Shown: one piece after another, positions 11,699 through 25,140 of the stretch
Numbering within the stretch: position 1 is the first letter of the stretch
How the letters are laid out: every line of letters begins with the position of its first letter
Translations under genes and position numbers: made by a program
Assembly: GCF_006345805.1 (NCBI RefSeq)
Contig: NC_043002.1
Span: forward strand, 66,216,001 to 66,280,000
Source of the DNA: Octopus sinensis
Lineage: Eukaryota
Length of the DNA stretch: 64,000 nucleotides
Reading direction: 5' to 3'
The notes under the pieces: generated by a model
The model's input: the letters and a program-made list of their open reading frames with translations, nothing else
The model's database searches: none
What the model was told of the DNA's origin: nothing

Positions 11699-14600
11699 TC
11701 TTAGATGGAGTTGTTGCTACAATCGGTGGTCTAACGGCATTTCTTCTTTTATTTTGTTGGATAATATCCATAGACTCAGTTTGTCACGCTTGGAATTCTA
11801 CCCCGAAAGTATAATGGCCGTTCTTTCTGAAAGGACCATAAGAGGAGATGCTTGAGGACTCTACCCAACTCCGATCCCCTCGAGAATAGCAGTCAGAGAA
11901 GATGGATGGAAAACTGTTAACTTCATTTAAACGCTCATTATTTCGTGACAAGAGTTTCGTCGCCTTGTCTGACACAGTTCCAATGCTACTCTATATCAAT
12001 AAATAATTGTTTCTAATTTTGACACAAGGCCAACAAATTTAAGGGGAGGGGGATAATCGATATCATTGATCTCAGTGCTTGAATGGTACTTCATTTTATC
12101 AGCCAGTCCTGGAAAGATGAAAGGCAAACTCAACCTCGGAATGAATTGAACTTGGAGCATAAAAGCCCGAAGAGCAAAGCATTTTTTCGGACAGCTCTAA
12201 CGATTGTTTCAGCTCGATAATGATTTTTGATTTAGGCAAAAGGCTAACAGTTTTAAAGGGATGGGGTTGGTCGATTACATCGACTTAAATGCACGACTGG
12301 TACTTTGTTATATCGACCCTGAAAAAAAGTGAAGAACTAAGGTAGACTTCATCGAGAATAAATGATACAAGGGAAACAACTCTGAAGATCTTAATTGCTG
12401 TTTCAGACCGTTAAGAATAATTTAATAAATGAATCCATATGTTATGTTTTTTTTTAATTTCTTGAGATAAAATTAAGAGAATTATGACAATCTTATTAAA
12501 TGTTTGTTATGTTTACGAAAGTGGCCGTCGATAAACCAGGTGGTTTTTGTCTGTCTGTCTCTCTCTTCAATGTCAAAATGTAGATATTATGCAATTATTT
12601 TACTGGTTTCAGACAATGGACTGCGATCATATTGAGGTTGTAATTCTAGTTTGAATTTAGTATTTATTTTATCGATTCATATTGATCGAATTGTTAAGTT
12701 ACGCTTTTGACACAACACCGGTAAACACTAATACAAGCATGAGTAGATCACATAAACCCAAACATACATACATACATACATACATACATACGTAAATGCA
12801 TACATACATGCATGCATACATACTTACATGCATACATATATACGTACATAACTGCATACATACACACATATATAAATGCATACATACATACATACAGTGA
12901 AGGCACATGGCTTAGTGGTTAGGGCATTCAGCTCACGATCGTAAAGTCGTGAGTTCAATTCCCGGTGACGCGTTGTGTCCTCGAGTAAGACACTTTATTT
13001 CGCATTGCTCCAGTCCACTTAGCTGGCAAAAATGAGCTGTACCTGTATTTCAAAGGGCCAACCATGTCACATTCTGTGTCACACTGAATCTCCCTGAGAA
13101 CTACATTAAGGGTATGCATGTCTGTGGAGTACTCAACCACTTGCACATCAATTTTATAAGCAGGATGTTCCATTGATCGGATCAATTGGAACCCTCGTAA
13201 CTGACAGAGTATCAGTCATCACCCCATTCTCTCCCTCCCTCCACCCATCCACCTATCCATACATACATACAACACAACAGATCTGATATAATGATTTCGG
13301 ATAGAGAGGAGAAACTGTAGACAGTTGTGGAAATTAGCTTGTAGGGAATACGACCATACGTAAGGAGTTGGTGACAAATGTCTCTTTTTTAATGCTGCAT
13401 GGTCGCCCCTAACAAAATAAGAAGCCAAATACATGATATAAAATACAGTGCCAAAAGGAATGAATGAGGACGACAACCGTTCTACTGTTTGAGAGAAGAG
13501 AAAACTTTATTTACAAAGTGTACAAAGAGAGAGTGTCTGTGTGCATGCGACAAGTGTTTGTGTCTGTGTGTTCATTTGTTGGCTTACACACTGGTGCGAA
13601 ATAAGTCGAGAGACAAACTGTGCCAATGCCAACCAATCACAGCAGCGGACACAATAGGGTGAAACTAGCCAAAGATGGTTGTTATTTAGCATGAGATCAT
13701 TCCTAATATGTCTCTCAAACAGTGAGGATATCAGTTACGTTACAAGCTATATTCAACGGATGTTAACATAAAGCTGAAGATCAGTGAAAAAGAGAATGCC
13801 TATGCTGAGCTATTGAGAAATCTGCAGTTACTCTATTCACATTACAAGTTCAGGTTTATACCTGTAATGATTGAGACCCTGGGATATGTAACACACTGTC
13901 TAAATACTAATCTTGAGAAATTAAGCTTCTCAAAACCAGAAAGGAGAAAGCTAATTTGAAGACTACAGATCCAATCCATCACTGGAACTGTAAAAATCTG
14001 TTAAACCTTCCAGAAGTTTACATAATTCAACCTACATAAGTTGACATGTGAAAAACAAATTAGGAAGCTTGAAAGAAGTATTGATAAAACTAGTTTTTAA
14101 ACACTGAATGGTAATGAGGGTCCATCACATAAAATATTGCAGTAATGAAAGGGAGTCAACACAAGCAAAAAAGTAAATTGTGGGATTTACAGTAGTAGTG
14201 TAAGAATTTACAGTAGTAGTGTTGCAAGAAACCGCTTGGTTTTCTTTTCTAATATTTTACATAATTCAACCTACACAAGTGAATGTATGAAAAATAAGAA
14301 TTTTGACAGAAGTTTCTATAAAACTAGTTTTTAAACATTGGATTGCTATGGGGGTCCACCAGAACAAAATATTAATCAAAGAGGTGCATAGATAAAAAAT
14401 GGTTGAGAAACCTTACTCTAGATATTATCTTCCTATGATGTTGTGACCAGAATGATCTGGAACAGAATAGGGAAAAATAAATTATTACTAGTTGATAAAA
14501 ATGATTATAATGAGGTTGGTGGGTCAAGAAAATATTGGCGGAACTTAAAAATTAAGGCAGAGTCACCAAAATAAAATGCAACTAGCCAGATATTGTTGTG

Positions 14601-15456
14601 TGGGACCATGAGAGGAAAGCATGCTTTGGGTACCAATGTGGTGGGGAAAATATAAGAGGACATCTACAGACCGTTGCTAAGAGGTTTGCAAATCCAGTAC
14701 CCAAAATATACTTTCAGTTTCATAACTATTATTTATTAGAGAAAGAGGATACATACCAACTGACTTGGAACAAAATATGGATTCTTGGGGTAAGAATGAA
14801 ACTTTTTAATTCATACACTACAAATGATCAGAATACCGGGAACAATAATAATCTACAAGACCTTCCCAAGGTTTAAAAGATGATTAACAAGACATGATAA
14901 TTTCCATCATAACCTTGGATTGATGTCAGCTGCAGCTAAGGGGTTAAATCACTGCCCTGCCCCACCACCACCATCAGCCAAGAGAGGCAACTCTTCTTCC
15001 TCCACCCCGACATTTCATTTTCTTTTCTTTTTTTGCATTGCCAACACAGAGATAAACCAAGACTGTATTTATACCTCCATCATAGAAGTTAAGAGCATGA
15101 GAAGTAAAAGAAGTTTTAAACATTGAAATCATTGAAGATGATGACTTCAGAGGGAGTGAGAGAGGCTGGTGATATGATCTGGAGGAGTGACTTGGCAGAA
15201 ATGGTAGATCTTTGGATAGCTGGATGCCAAACATTATTTAATTTCATTGCAAATATACCTGTTTCAAATTCTTCCAGGATCAACCTTGCTGTTCAAAGTC
15301 AACCTTACCTTTCACTCCACTGGAATTAGTACATTAAGTAGATGAGAATGCTAAGACTATTTCGTTTTTTTCTATTTGGTCTGAAAGATTCTTGTTGTGA
15401 ATTCATGTTGAAACATATTTTGTTGTACCTTGGGAGGGTCACTTCACAAATTATAA

Positions 15457-15577
15457 ACACATGGCCATATCACATTGAAAAGCATCGGTTCTTGTCTGAT
15501 CACCGAAGTTAAGCAACATTGAGCCTAGTTAGTACTTAGATGGGTGACCGCTTGGGAAACCTAGGTGCTGTAAGCAT
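15457..15577 (+). pseudogene. 5S rRNA pseudogene / 5S-derived repeat
   Basis: GGCCATATCACATTGAAA...GATCACCGAAGTTAAGCAAC...GTTAGTACTTAGATGGGTGACCGCTTGGGAA...GGTGCTGTAAGC matches mollusc-type 5S, with CpG-decay changes and an eroded 5' end. Confidence 0.9.
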
Positions 15578-15588
15578 CACACATTTTT

Positions 15589-15751
15589 AGGCATAGGAGT
15601 GGCTGTGTGGTAAGTAGCTTACTTACCAACCACATGGTTCCGGGTTCAGTCCCACTGCGTGGCACCTTGGGCAAGTGTATTCTACTATAGCCTCGGGCCG
15701 ACCAAAGCCTTGTGAGTGGATTTGGTAGACAGAAACTGAAAGAAGCCTGTC

Positions 15752-15785
<34 letters not shown>

Positions 15786-16010
15786 ATATATGTTTGTGTG
15801 TCTGTGTTTGTCCCCCCACCCCACAACATCGCTTGACAACCGATGCTGGTGTGTTTATGTTCCCGTAACTTAGCGGTTCGGCAAAAGAGACCAATAGAAT
15901 AAGTACTAGGCTTACAAAGAATAAGTCCTGGGGTCGATTTGCTCGTCTAAGGCGGTGCTCCAGCATGGCCGCAGTGAAATGACTGAAACAAATAAACGAA
16001 TAAACGAACA
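15589..16010 (+). mobile_element. tRNA-derived CORE-type SINE (family A), full copy. Other copies/fragments: 1-361(-), 16963-17362(+), 21232-21592(-), 23006-23372(+), 23680-24142(-), 27700-28092(-), 30748-31888(+, interrupted), 34633-35020(+), 41490-41880(-), 45834-46340(+), 47815-48128(-), 59635-60082(+), 63137-63560(+)
   Basis: A box TGGCTGTGTGG, B box GGTTCAGTCC, CORE-like caccttgggcaagt, internal (TA)n(TG)n and an A-rich tail. Source of the recurring CPRCHAVGLNPEPCGW pseudo-ORFs. Confidence 0.9.
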
Positions 16011-19000
16011 TGCACTGATTCTATTTCACTTCTTTGTCATTTATTTATCAACTGGTTAACCAGTTAACCAATTAGCTCATCAATCCTTTTAATTACTCAT
16101 TGCATTAATCATTCAATGAGAGCTGGAGTAGAGAGAGCCTGTTATTGATGAGATCATGAATAGCAACAAAAGGACTTTCACAAATCTAATTGATTGATTG
16201 ACTGACTAAATAATTAATCAAATGATCGATTAGTTAACTGGGTTAAATAGCTAACCAATTGGGAAATAAATAATAAAGAAGTGAATAGAACCAGCGTGTG
16301 TGTTTATTATTGGCATAATGACCCTCCCAAGATACATCAGAATTATGCTAGGAATATGCCAATAAAAATTAGTCTTACAGCTTGTTAAAAGAAGTTTATA
16401 ACACAGTCTTTTTCATACCAGAGCAGTGAACTTTGCCTAACTCCTCTCCATTGTATCAGAGAGCAAGGGTTAAGTCTTTGCATGATATATAATAAAATAT
16501 TCATAGTAGTAAACGGGCCATGATCACTTTTTCTAGTTAGCCAACATTGTAGCAAGTCAACCAACCATGACACAGTAATAAAGAAAAAAAATGACCCCCA
16601 TAAAATTATGACAAAACACTATGTTATTGTCCTCATAACACATTTTTCACATTTTTTTCTTTATCTACTCCTAAAACCATTTCCATAACAAGGCAATGAG
16701 GGAGCTTCTACTAGGTCACTTAACTTGCTAGAAATACTAATCAAATTTCCCTCAAACCATTCATGTTTCTTTTTGCAAGACAGCTCTCTTATGAAAGGGT
16801 ACATTCAAGGCTGGATTAAGACCCATCGAAGCCCTAAGCACTTAAAAGATTTCAGTGCCCCAAACAATAACAAGCCATAAAATAAATTTTTATTTTCAAA
16901 ACGAAACAAAACAGTAAGAGGGAAAATAATGTTTATTTTTGTATACTTCTACATTATTTTATAGGCGTATGAGTGGCTGTGTGGTAAGTAGCTTGCTTAC
17001 CAACCACATGGTTCTGGGTTCAGTTCCACTGCGTGACACCTTGAGCAAGTGTCTTCTACTATAGCCTTGGGCCGACCAAAGCCTTGTGAGTGGATTTGGT
17101 AGGCAGAAACTGAAAGAAGCCCGTTGTATATATGTATATATATATATATGTGTGTATATGTTTGTGTATCTGTGTTTGTCTCCCAGCATCGCTTGACAAC
17201 CGATGCTGGTGTGTTTACGTCCCCGTAACTTAGTGGTTCGGCAAACGAGATTGATAGTATAAGTACTAGGCTTACAAAGAATAAGTCCTGGGGTTGATTT
17301 GCACGACTAAAGGCGGTGCTCCAGCATGGCCACAGTCAAATGACTGAAACAAGTAAAAGAGTATTATTTATATTTGAAAACTTTTTGAATTGCAAAGTCT
17401 TTGATCAGATCCTCAAAATTAATCTTAGGTAATACATCTGCATATACTTAGTAGAGATAAAGGCATCCCGATTATTATTTTAGCAAGTTTAAAGCGATTT
17501 CTTTTGTACTGTTAACCATTTACCATTTCTATGGTGCCTCCTCCTTCCCTTGATGCCCTAAGCATGTGCTTATTTTGCTTAATGGTTATTCCGATACTGG
17601 ATACATTGAATAATGTCTAAAGTATACTATTCAAGCAGAAACAACAGTATGGTCTTGGTTTGACTGAACTTATCATAAGTCTGTCTGCTCTATCAGGACT
17701 GATTTGAGTTGGATAAAATGCATAGCACAGTTTTACATTCTGAATTCAAATCCCACAGAGGTCAGCTTTGTTTTTCCTTCTCTTGGGGTTAACAAAACAA
17801 ATACCAATCAAGTACTGAAGCCAGTGGTATCAGCTAATCTTCTTCACCTAAGATTGCTGGTATTTTGGGTCACTCAGAATTTAACATTTCTACCACGTCT
17901 TCATCAAGAAGAATTAATTCTGGAGAAATTGTTATTACAACAATGGTGGGATTTTTCTCTTTAGTATTTAGTGGAATGAAGTATTTCCAGCCAGGAATTG
18001 AAACTGGGTCAGAACTTTAATTTGCCAACATCTTAATTACACACAACATAGCATTTATCTGCTTTAATAATAAATAGTTGGTTTAAATTACAAGATTCAT
18101 CAGGCTAATTAATGAAAGGGAGTGGGTGATAATTGAGTAACTAAAGGCAGAATTATTGTGCAGTCATCATCGGCATCAGTGTCATCTAACATCCATTTTC
18201 CATGCTTGCACAGGTTGAATGGTTTGACACAAGAGCAGGCCAGCCAGAGGAGAGCATCATGTCCCAATATCTGTTTTGGTATGGTTTCTACAGTTGGGTG
18301 CCCTTCCAAGCACCAAACACTTCACTTATATGGTACCCGTGATGTCATTAAATACCTTGCCACGCTGGATAAAATACCTTGTGGTGTTTAGTTACATCCC
18401 TTTCCATTCTGAATAATGTGAAATGCTGAAAGTAATTTGAACTCGAACCCTACTGAAGTTAACTTTACTTTCCTTCTTCCCAGTGTGAGTAAATAAAATT
18501 ACTGTTCAAGGGCAAGGATCATTTTATAGTCTTTTAAAACATCCTTAATGTGAATGGAATTATAACAGACGAAAAACACCTGCTTTATGCCATAATCATC
18601 ATCGCTTTACCAGCCACTTTTTCATGGATCATGTAGAATTCACTGGGACAGACTTTCTTGTTGCCAGACCTTACCTGTTTCCAAGCAAGATAATATTTTC
18701 TTGTGGCCAGACATGTTTTCATGGAAGACTGGAAACAAATGCCATCTGGTGTTTCTTTTAATCCTTTATGTTCAAAGTTCAAATCCAGCCCTTCAAAGTT
18801 GCTGGCCTTGTTCCTAAATTAGAAACCATTATATATTCTGGGCGAAGCAATGGTTTGACAGAATGGTTAGATCATTGGAAAAAATGCCTTGTAGTATTTC
18901 TTCTGGCTATTTACGTTCTGAGTTCAAATCCTGCTGAGGTCAACTTTGCCTTTCATCTTTCCAGGGTTGATAAAATAAAGTCCCAGTCAAGTACTTTGGT

Positions 19001-21384
19001 TGATGATATCCTTGGAAAACTGCTGGCCTTGAGCATAAATCAGGAGCCATTATTCTGGTTATTCATGCTTGGAATTTATCTGCAATGACAAATGCTAAGC
19101 CCTGTTGACCTTTGGCTTTCCCTTGGACAACACAAGAGGTGAGGAAAGAGAGAGGAAACTTACAGCTGATCTTACATAAAAAAAACAACAAAATTCCTCG
19201 CTACATCTGATCTCTGGAAAGGAACTTTCCAGCTGTGAATACATGGTCAATCCAACTGATGGAAGCCTAGTGGTCAGATTGCTGAACTCACAATTGTAAG
19301 GTTATGTTTTCAATTCCCAGAGCAAGCAAAATGCTTAATTTTGCATTGCCCTGGTCCAACTCAGTTGTGTGTACCAGTAACATCTGGATGTCAACCTTGC
19401 AATGGATTGGCATCCTGTTTAAGAGATACTTGTCTGTTTATACACCATTTGGATAATGTACTCTTAATTGCTTATACCCCACAGAAATCGGGATGAAATT
19501 AAGACAAACAAGCCAGTGGGATTAATAACAGTCCTAATCATTATTCAATTATATTATATTATTGTATTGTATATGAACAAAAATTATATTATTATTCTAT
19601 TATATTATAATATAATTCAATATTGTATTATTATTCTTTTATTATTTTACAAAAAGCTTGCAGTGTGGAATACTTCCTTTGTCAGATGTCAACTGGAGAT
19701 GACAATGATTCGGACACTTTCCAACAGTATCATTCATTCCCTATAGAGGTGTCTAGCGGAATGTCTCGTCATTCCAGTTCACACTACACACTATCCATGC
19801 ATTTACTGTACCAAACTAGAGTAACCACATCAACCACACTCTATTTTCTTTTACTACTCACCGAGAACTTGTCCTTTGTTCTTAACTTTTGTCATTTCTG
19901 CCATATCCATGATGCAGCATTATCAGCTTCCCCTCAGTAGTCCACAAATCTCTGATCTGATCAATCCTTTATAAGTCCAATTTCAACAAGATAGGATATC
20001 ATGGACCCAGTTACAAACCCACAACATTCTCATTCTACCAGAAGCATTATACACTGCTATTGTTGAGCACACAATTCCTTAATCCTGTCTGAGACCACCC
20101 TTGATTCTATGATAAACTCTCAGCTTTAAAGTTATCTAAATTAAAAACCATCCATTAAAATTCCATTTTAACTTATGCTCCACACACCAGTTTAGTAATG
20201 ACAAGGATATTTTACTATATCTTTCATTAAATTCAAAATTGATTGACACAGAGGCAGTGTATTTCAACAGAAATGTGGTAACTAAAGGGTATATTCTTTC
20301 ATATTTTAGGTCTGTCTTTGCATGAGTTTACATTGTCCTACACTTCCAAGCAACCATAAGTTTAATAAGTAGGACATTTTTTGTCAAGGCAAACCATGCA
20401 ATAATGGTCTGTTTGACAAAGGCAGCTTTAGATATTGTAATATGGCTTGGGAACACAAAACCCTTTTTAATGAACAGTCATTGCCAGTGCCACCTGACTG
20501 TCACCCATGTCAGTGGTGTGTAAAAAGCACCATTTGAGCGTGGTTGGTACTAGTACTGCCTGACTGGCTCCCATGCTAGTGGCACATAAAAAGCATCATT
20601 TGAGCATGGTTGATACCAGTACTGCCTGAGTGGCCCCTGTGCTGGTGGCATGTAAAAAGCATCCACTACACTCTCGGAGTGGTTAGTGTTAGGAAGGGCA
20701 TCCTGAAGATTGATAAAATAAGTACCAGTTATGCACTGGGGTTGATGTAATCGATTCATTCCCACATCCTCCAAGCTGCCCTTATGGCAAAAATTTGAAA
20801 TAATTATTACTATCATCTTAACATATTGTATTATTCTTCTGTTCTATCATAATGTATTATTATTCCATTATTAGCTTTATTATATTGTGCAATTCTATTA
20901 TATTATATTACATAATAAATAAAATAAAAAATAACGCATATCAAAACTAAATATACATAACAAGCCATTTGTCTTGATTAAATATTTTATTAACAAACAA
21001 TAACAATGGCAAAGAGCCAAATATATAATGTGTGAAACAAAAACAAATTTAATAAAGTTATCAAATATAATAATTTTCTTTACTTTTGTTTGCAACAATA
21101 TATACACATACACAAACGTCTATATACACATATGTAATAAATTTAACTCTTTCAAAATTTGGAGCTGCTTGCAAAACCTAAACTGTGCTCAACAGCAACC
21201 TTTAAAAAGGATATGTTTTTATAAACACATATTATTCTTTGTAAGCCTAGTACTTATTCTATCAGTCTCATTTGCCGAACCGCTTAGTTACGGAGGGCGT
21301 AAACACACCAGCATCGGTTGTCAAGCGATGGTGTGGGGACAAACACAGATGCACAAATATATACACACACACACAAACACACAT

Positions 21385-21438
<54 letters not shown>

Positions 21439-24400
21439 GACGGGCTTCTTTCAGTTTCCATCTACCAAATCCACTCACAATGTTTTGGTCGGCCTGAGGC
21501 TATAGCAGAAGACACTTGTGCAAGGTGCCACACAGTGGGACTAAATCCAGAACCATGTGATTGGTAAGCAAGCTACTTACCACAGCCACTCCTACATATT
21601 TACACACACATATATATTTACATACAAACACATACATAAATACATATTCACACACACACATGTACATCCTCTATGACACCTACAATAACATATAGACAAT
21701 CAAGAGTGTGTGTTTAAAAGGAAATTGGTAATCTATTTCTGCAGATTCTAATTATTTTTTTTTGTTTAGTTTCCTAAATTTTCCAGACTATTCCATTATA
21801 AGGCAATGGTGAATTGGCAAGAATCATTACAGCATCAGATAAAATACTTTGCAGTATTTTAGTTTTTTGACTCTGAGGAATATGAGGTCAAGTTCTGTCA
21901 AGCTCAACTTTGGCCTTTTGTTCTTCCAAGGTCAGTAAATAAAGCATGAATCTAGGGTAGTGACTGGCAGAATGGTAAGAATGGTGGATTGCATGTTTAA
22001 TGTTATTTGTTCTGGTTCTTTACATTCTGAGCCAAATTCCATCCCAGCACTTAAAAAGCACACTCACCAATCCACAATGAAGAAGGCAAACCCTTAAAAC
22101 AAAGACCAACACTAAAGTAAATGGTGCGAGCTGAAGTTAGTAACACAAACCCTGGAGAATGAAAGAATTTTATAAACACATTCATTATATACGGGCAGAA
22201 TTATTAATGCATCAGACAAAATTCTTACCAATATTTCTTGCAGCTTTTTATATTCTGAGTTCAAATTCTACCAAGGTTGATTTTGTGTTTCATCCTTTCA
22301 GAGTTGATAAAACAAATACTAATTGAATACTGGAGGGGTCAATGTAAACACCCTCCCCCTAAAATTGCTGGCCTTGTGCCAAAGTTTGAAACCATTTAAA
22401 CATATCACTTTTACTATTAATAAGCAGTAACAACAGTTTTCTTACTGAGTCCACCTTGCTCACCCAGTGGTGGTCACTACAAGAATAAATTGTAAACACA
22501 CCAACGTCAGTTGTCAAGCAATGGTGGGGGAACAAACACAGATATAAAGATACACACACATATACACATAAATACATATACATATACATGTATACAACAG
22601 ACTTCTTTCAGTTTCCATCTACCAAATCCCCTTACAAGGCTTTGATCAGTCCGAGGCTATACTAGAATACACTTAGCCAAGGTGCCATGCAGTGGGACTG
22701 AACACGGAACCATGTGATTGAGAAACAAGCTTCTTACCACACAACCATGCCTGCAGATAAATTTTAACAATAAAATCTTGTACGGATCCCCAAGGGCCAT
22801 ATGTACCCTAGTTGAGAACCACTGAAAGAAGGAATCTATGTGTAACATCTAATCATACAACCCAAATGCTTATGCTTGTTTGATCAGGCATGACATAGGA
22901 GAACACAACCATAATGACAACTACTATAAAGATGTGTACAAGTTTAGTATTTATTATAACACTAGCTGGCCCCATACCGTTAAAAATGACGGCTAATTGT
23001 AGTGTTGAGTGGCTGTGTGATAAGTACCACTGCATGGCACCTTGGGCAAGTGTCTTCTACTATAGCCTCGGGCTGACCAAAGCCTTTTGAGTGGATTTAG
23101 TGGATGGAAACTGAAAGAAGCCCATCATATATATGTATAAATATGTATATATATATGTGTGTGTGTGTATGTTTGTGTGTCTGTGTTTGTCCCCTAACAT
23201 CACCTGACAACCGATGCTGGTGTGTTTACATCCCCGTCACTTAACAGTTCGGCAAAAGAGACCGATAGAATAAGTACTAGGCTTACAACGAATAAGTCCT
23301 GGGGTCGATTTGCTTGAAGGCGGTGCTTCAGCAAGGCCACAGTCAAATGACTGAAACAAGTAAAGAGTAAATATGGATGGTAAATCAAATTAACCCACTT
23401 GTCAATGGTATCCAGTGGTTGTCTATTGAGATGTGTCATCAATCATCGCTTGTTACTGAAAGAACACATACAAACATTCACATACTCCCCTTGTATACAT
23501 ACACACACATACTCACACAGAGCACTCACACACTTTCTCACATATACCCACACACTTTCTCATTCATATGTTGCAATGGAGAAAAACACAAGAGTATTAT
23601 TATAGTAGAAGATTCAACAAAAACACACACACTCTATAGCAACTCTCTTGTTATATACAAATACTCTCTCTTTTTACTCTTTACTCTTTTACTTGTTTCA
23701 GTCATTTGACTGCGGCCATGCTGGAGCACCACCTTTAGTTGAAGAAATCGACCCCAGGACTTATTCTTTGTAAGCCTAGTACTTATTCTATCGGTCTCTC
23801 TTGATGGGGTCATAAACACACCAACATCAGTTGGGGACAAACACAGACACACACATACACATATATATATAGGCTTCTTTCAGTTTCCGTCTACCAAATC
23901 TACTCACAAGGCTTTGGTCGGGCCGAAGCTATAGTAGAAGACACTTGCCGAAGGTGCCAGGCGATGTTAGGGGACAAACACAGACACACAAACATATACA
24001 CACACATACACATACATTCACAAGGCTTTGGTCGGGCTGAAGCTGTAGTAGAAGACACATGCCAAAGGTGCCACGCAGTGGGACTGAACCCAGAACCATA
24101 TGGTTGGTAAACAAGCTACTTACCACACAGCCACTCCTGTGCCTATACAGACAACATAGTTTACAGTCATATATCAGATATGAAATAAAGAAGGCCATTC
24201 TAGGTGTTGCCAGCAGCTGAGAAGTTGGAAGAGATTAAAACATGAAATCAAATGTATTAGCTTTCACAGAGTTTTTTTGCTTTTTATATAATCTCTGAAA
24301 ATTGTAAATACAAAAATACATAATCTATTCTAATAAAGATTTCTTCTATGTAAACAATAGTAATAAAGGAAAAATTATAAAAAAAAAATAGTAACAATGT

Positions 24401-24554
24401 TGCTTTTAGTAATATTTTAGTAATGTTAGTTAAACACAGGTTAGTGAAATCAATATAGAAAAAAATCTGTCACACAATGTTTACTAGGGTGATATTATTA
24501 TTATGCAATATTGTAATTTAATGTTAGTAACCAGGAAGTTGGGTACAAGCGTGT

Positions 24555-25140
24555 GACTGGCTGTGAGTATATGTCATTGAAAAGGCCCAAAAGGGCTGAA
24601 ACGCATCTGGCGTTCTTGCTGGCCATTGCTGGAGTAATTTTTTTGTCGCCTTCTGATATTTGTTGTATTTTTAACATAGAATATCCGTAAGGTGTTATCT
24701 CAGGAAAAATGTCACACTAGCTGGCCTATCAACTGTATACATTAACTATGTATACATTGATAGTTATTTTAATTTAATACTGACTCAATAGCATATATTG
24801 GATCTTTATTTAGAGAGACAGTGGATGTTTTGTTCACTTTTTCTCATATCAGAGGCAACAAATTCTCATCTGAGCAAATGGCTGGCTATGAATATGTGCC
24901 AGTGAAAAGGCTCCAAAAGGCTGAAATAATTCTGGCACTCTTGTTGGTTACTGCTGGGGCAATTTCTTTGTCTCTCTCTCTCTCTGACATTTATTGTGTT
25001 TTTAACACAGCATGTCCATAAGAGATGTTATCTCAGAACAAATACTGCAGCAACTGGCCTGTTGATAGTATACATACATTAAGTATGATACACAGATGTC
25101 TGCTTTAATTTAATACAGCCTCAACTGCATATACCAGATA
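24555..25140 (+). repeat. Diverged tandem dimer (325-nt period), each unit with a degenerate hammerhead-like motif; retrozyme-like
   Basis: About 250 nt align between 24555-24803 and 24879-25140. Motifs at 24571-24613 and 24896-24938. Confidence 0.65.

Noticed and set aside
13330-13720. Possible solo LTR or promoter block
   Set aside because: No second LTR, primer-binding site or TSD could be identified by eye.
15457-15577. Functional 5S rRNA gene
   Set aside because: Single dispersed copy with CpG-decay substitutions and an altered 5' end that breaks the terminal helix.
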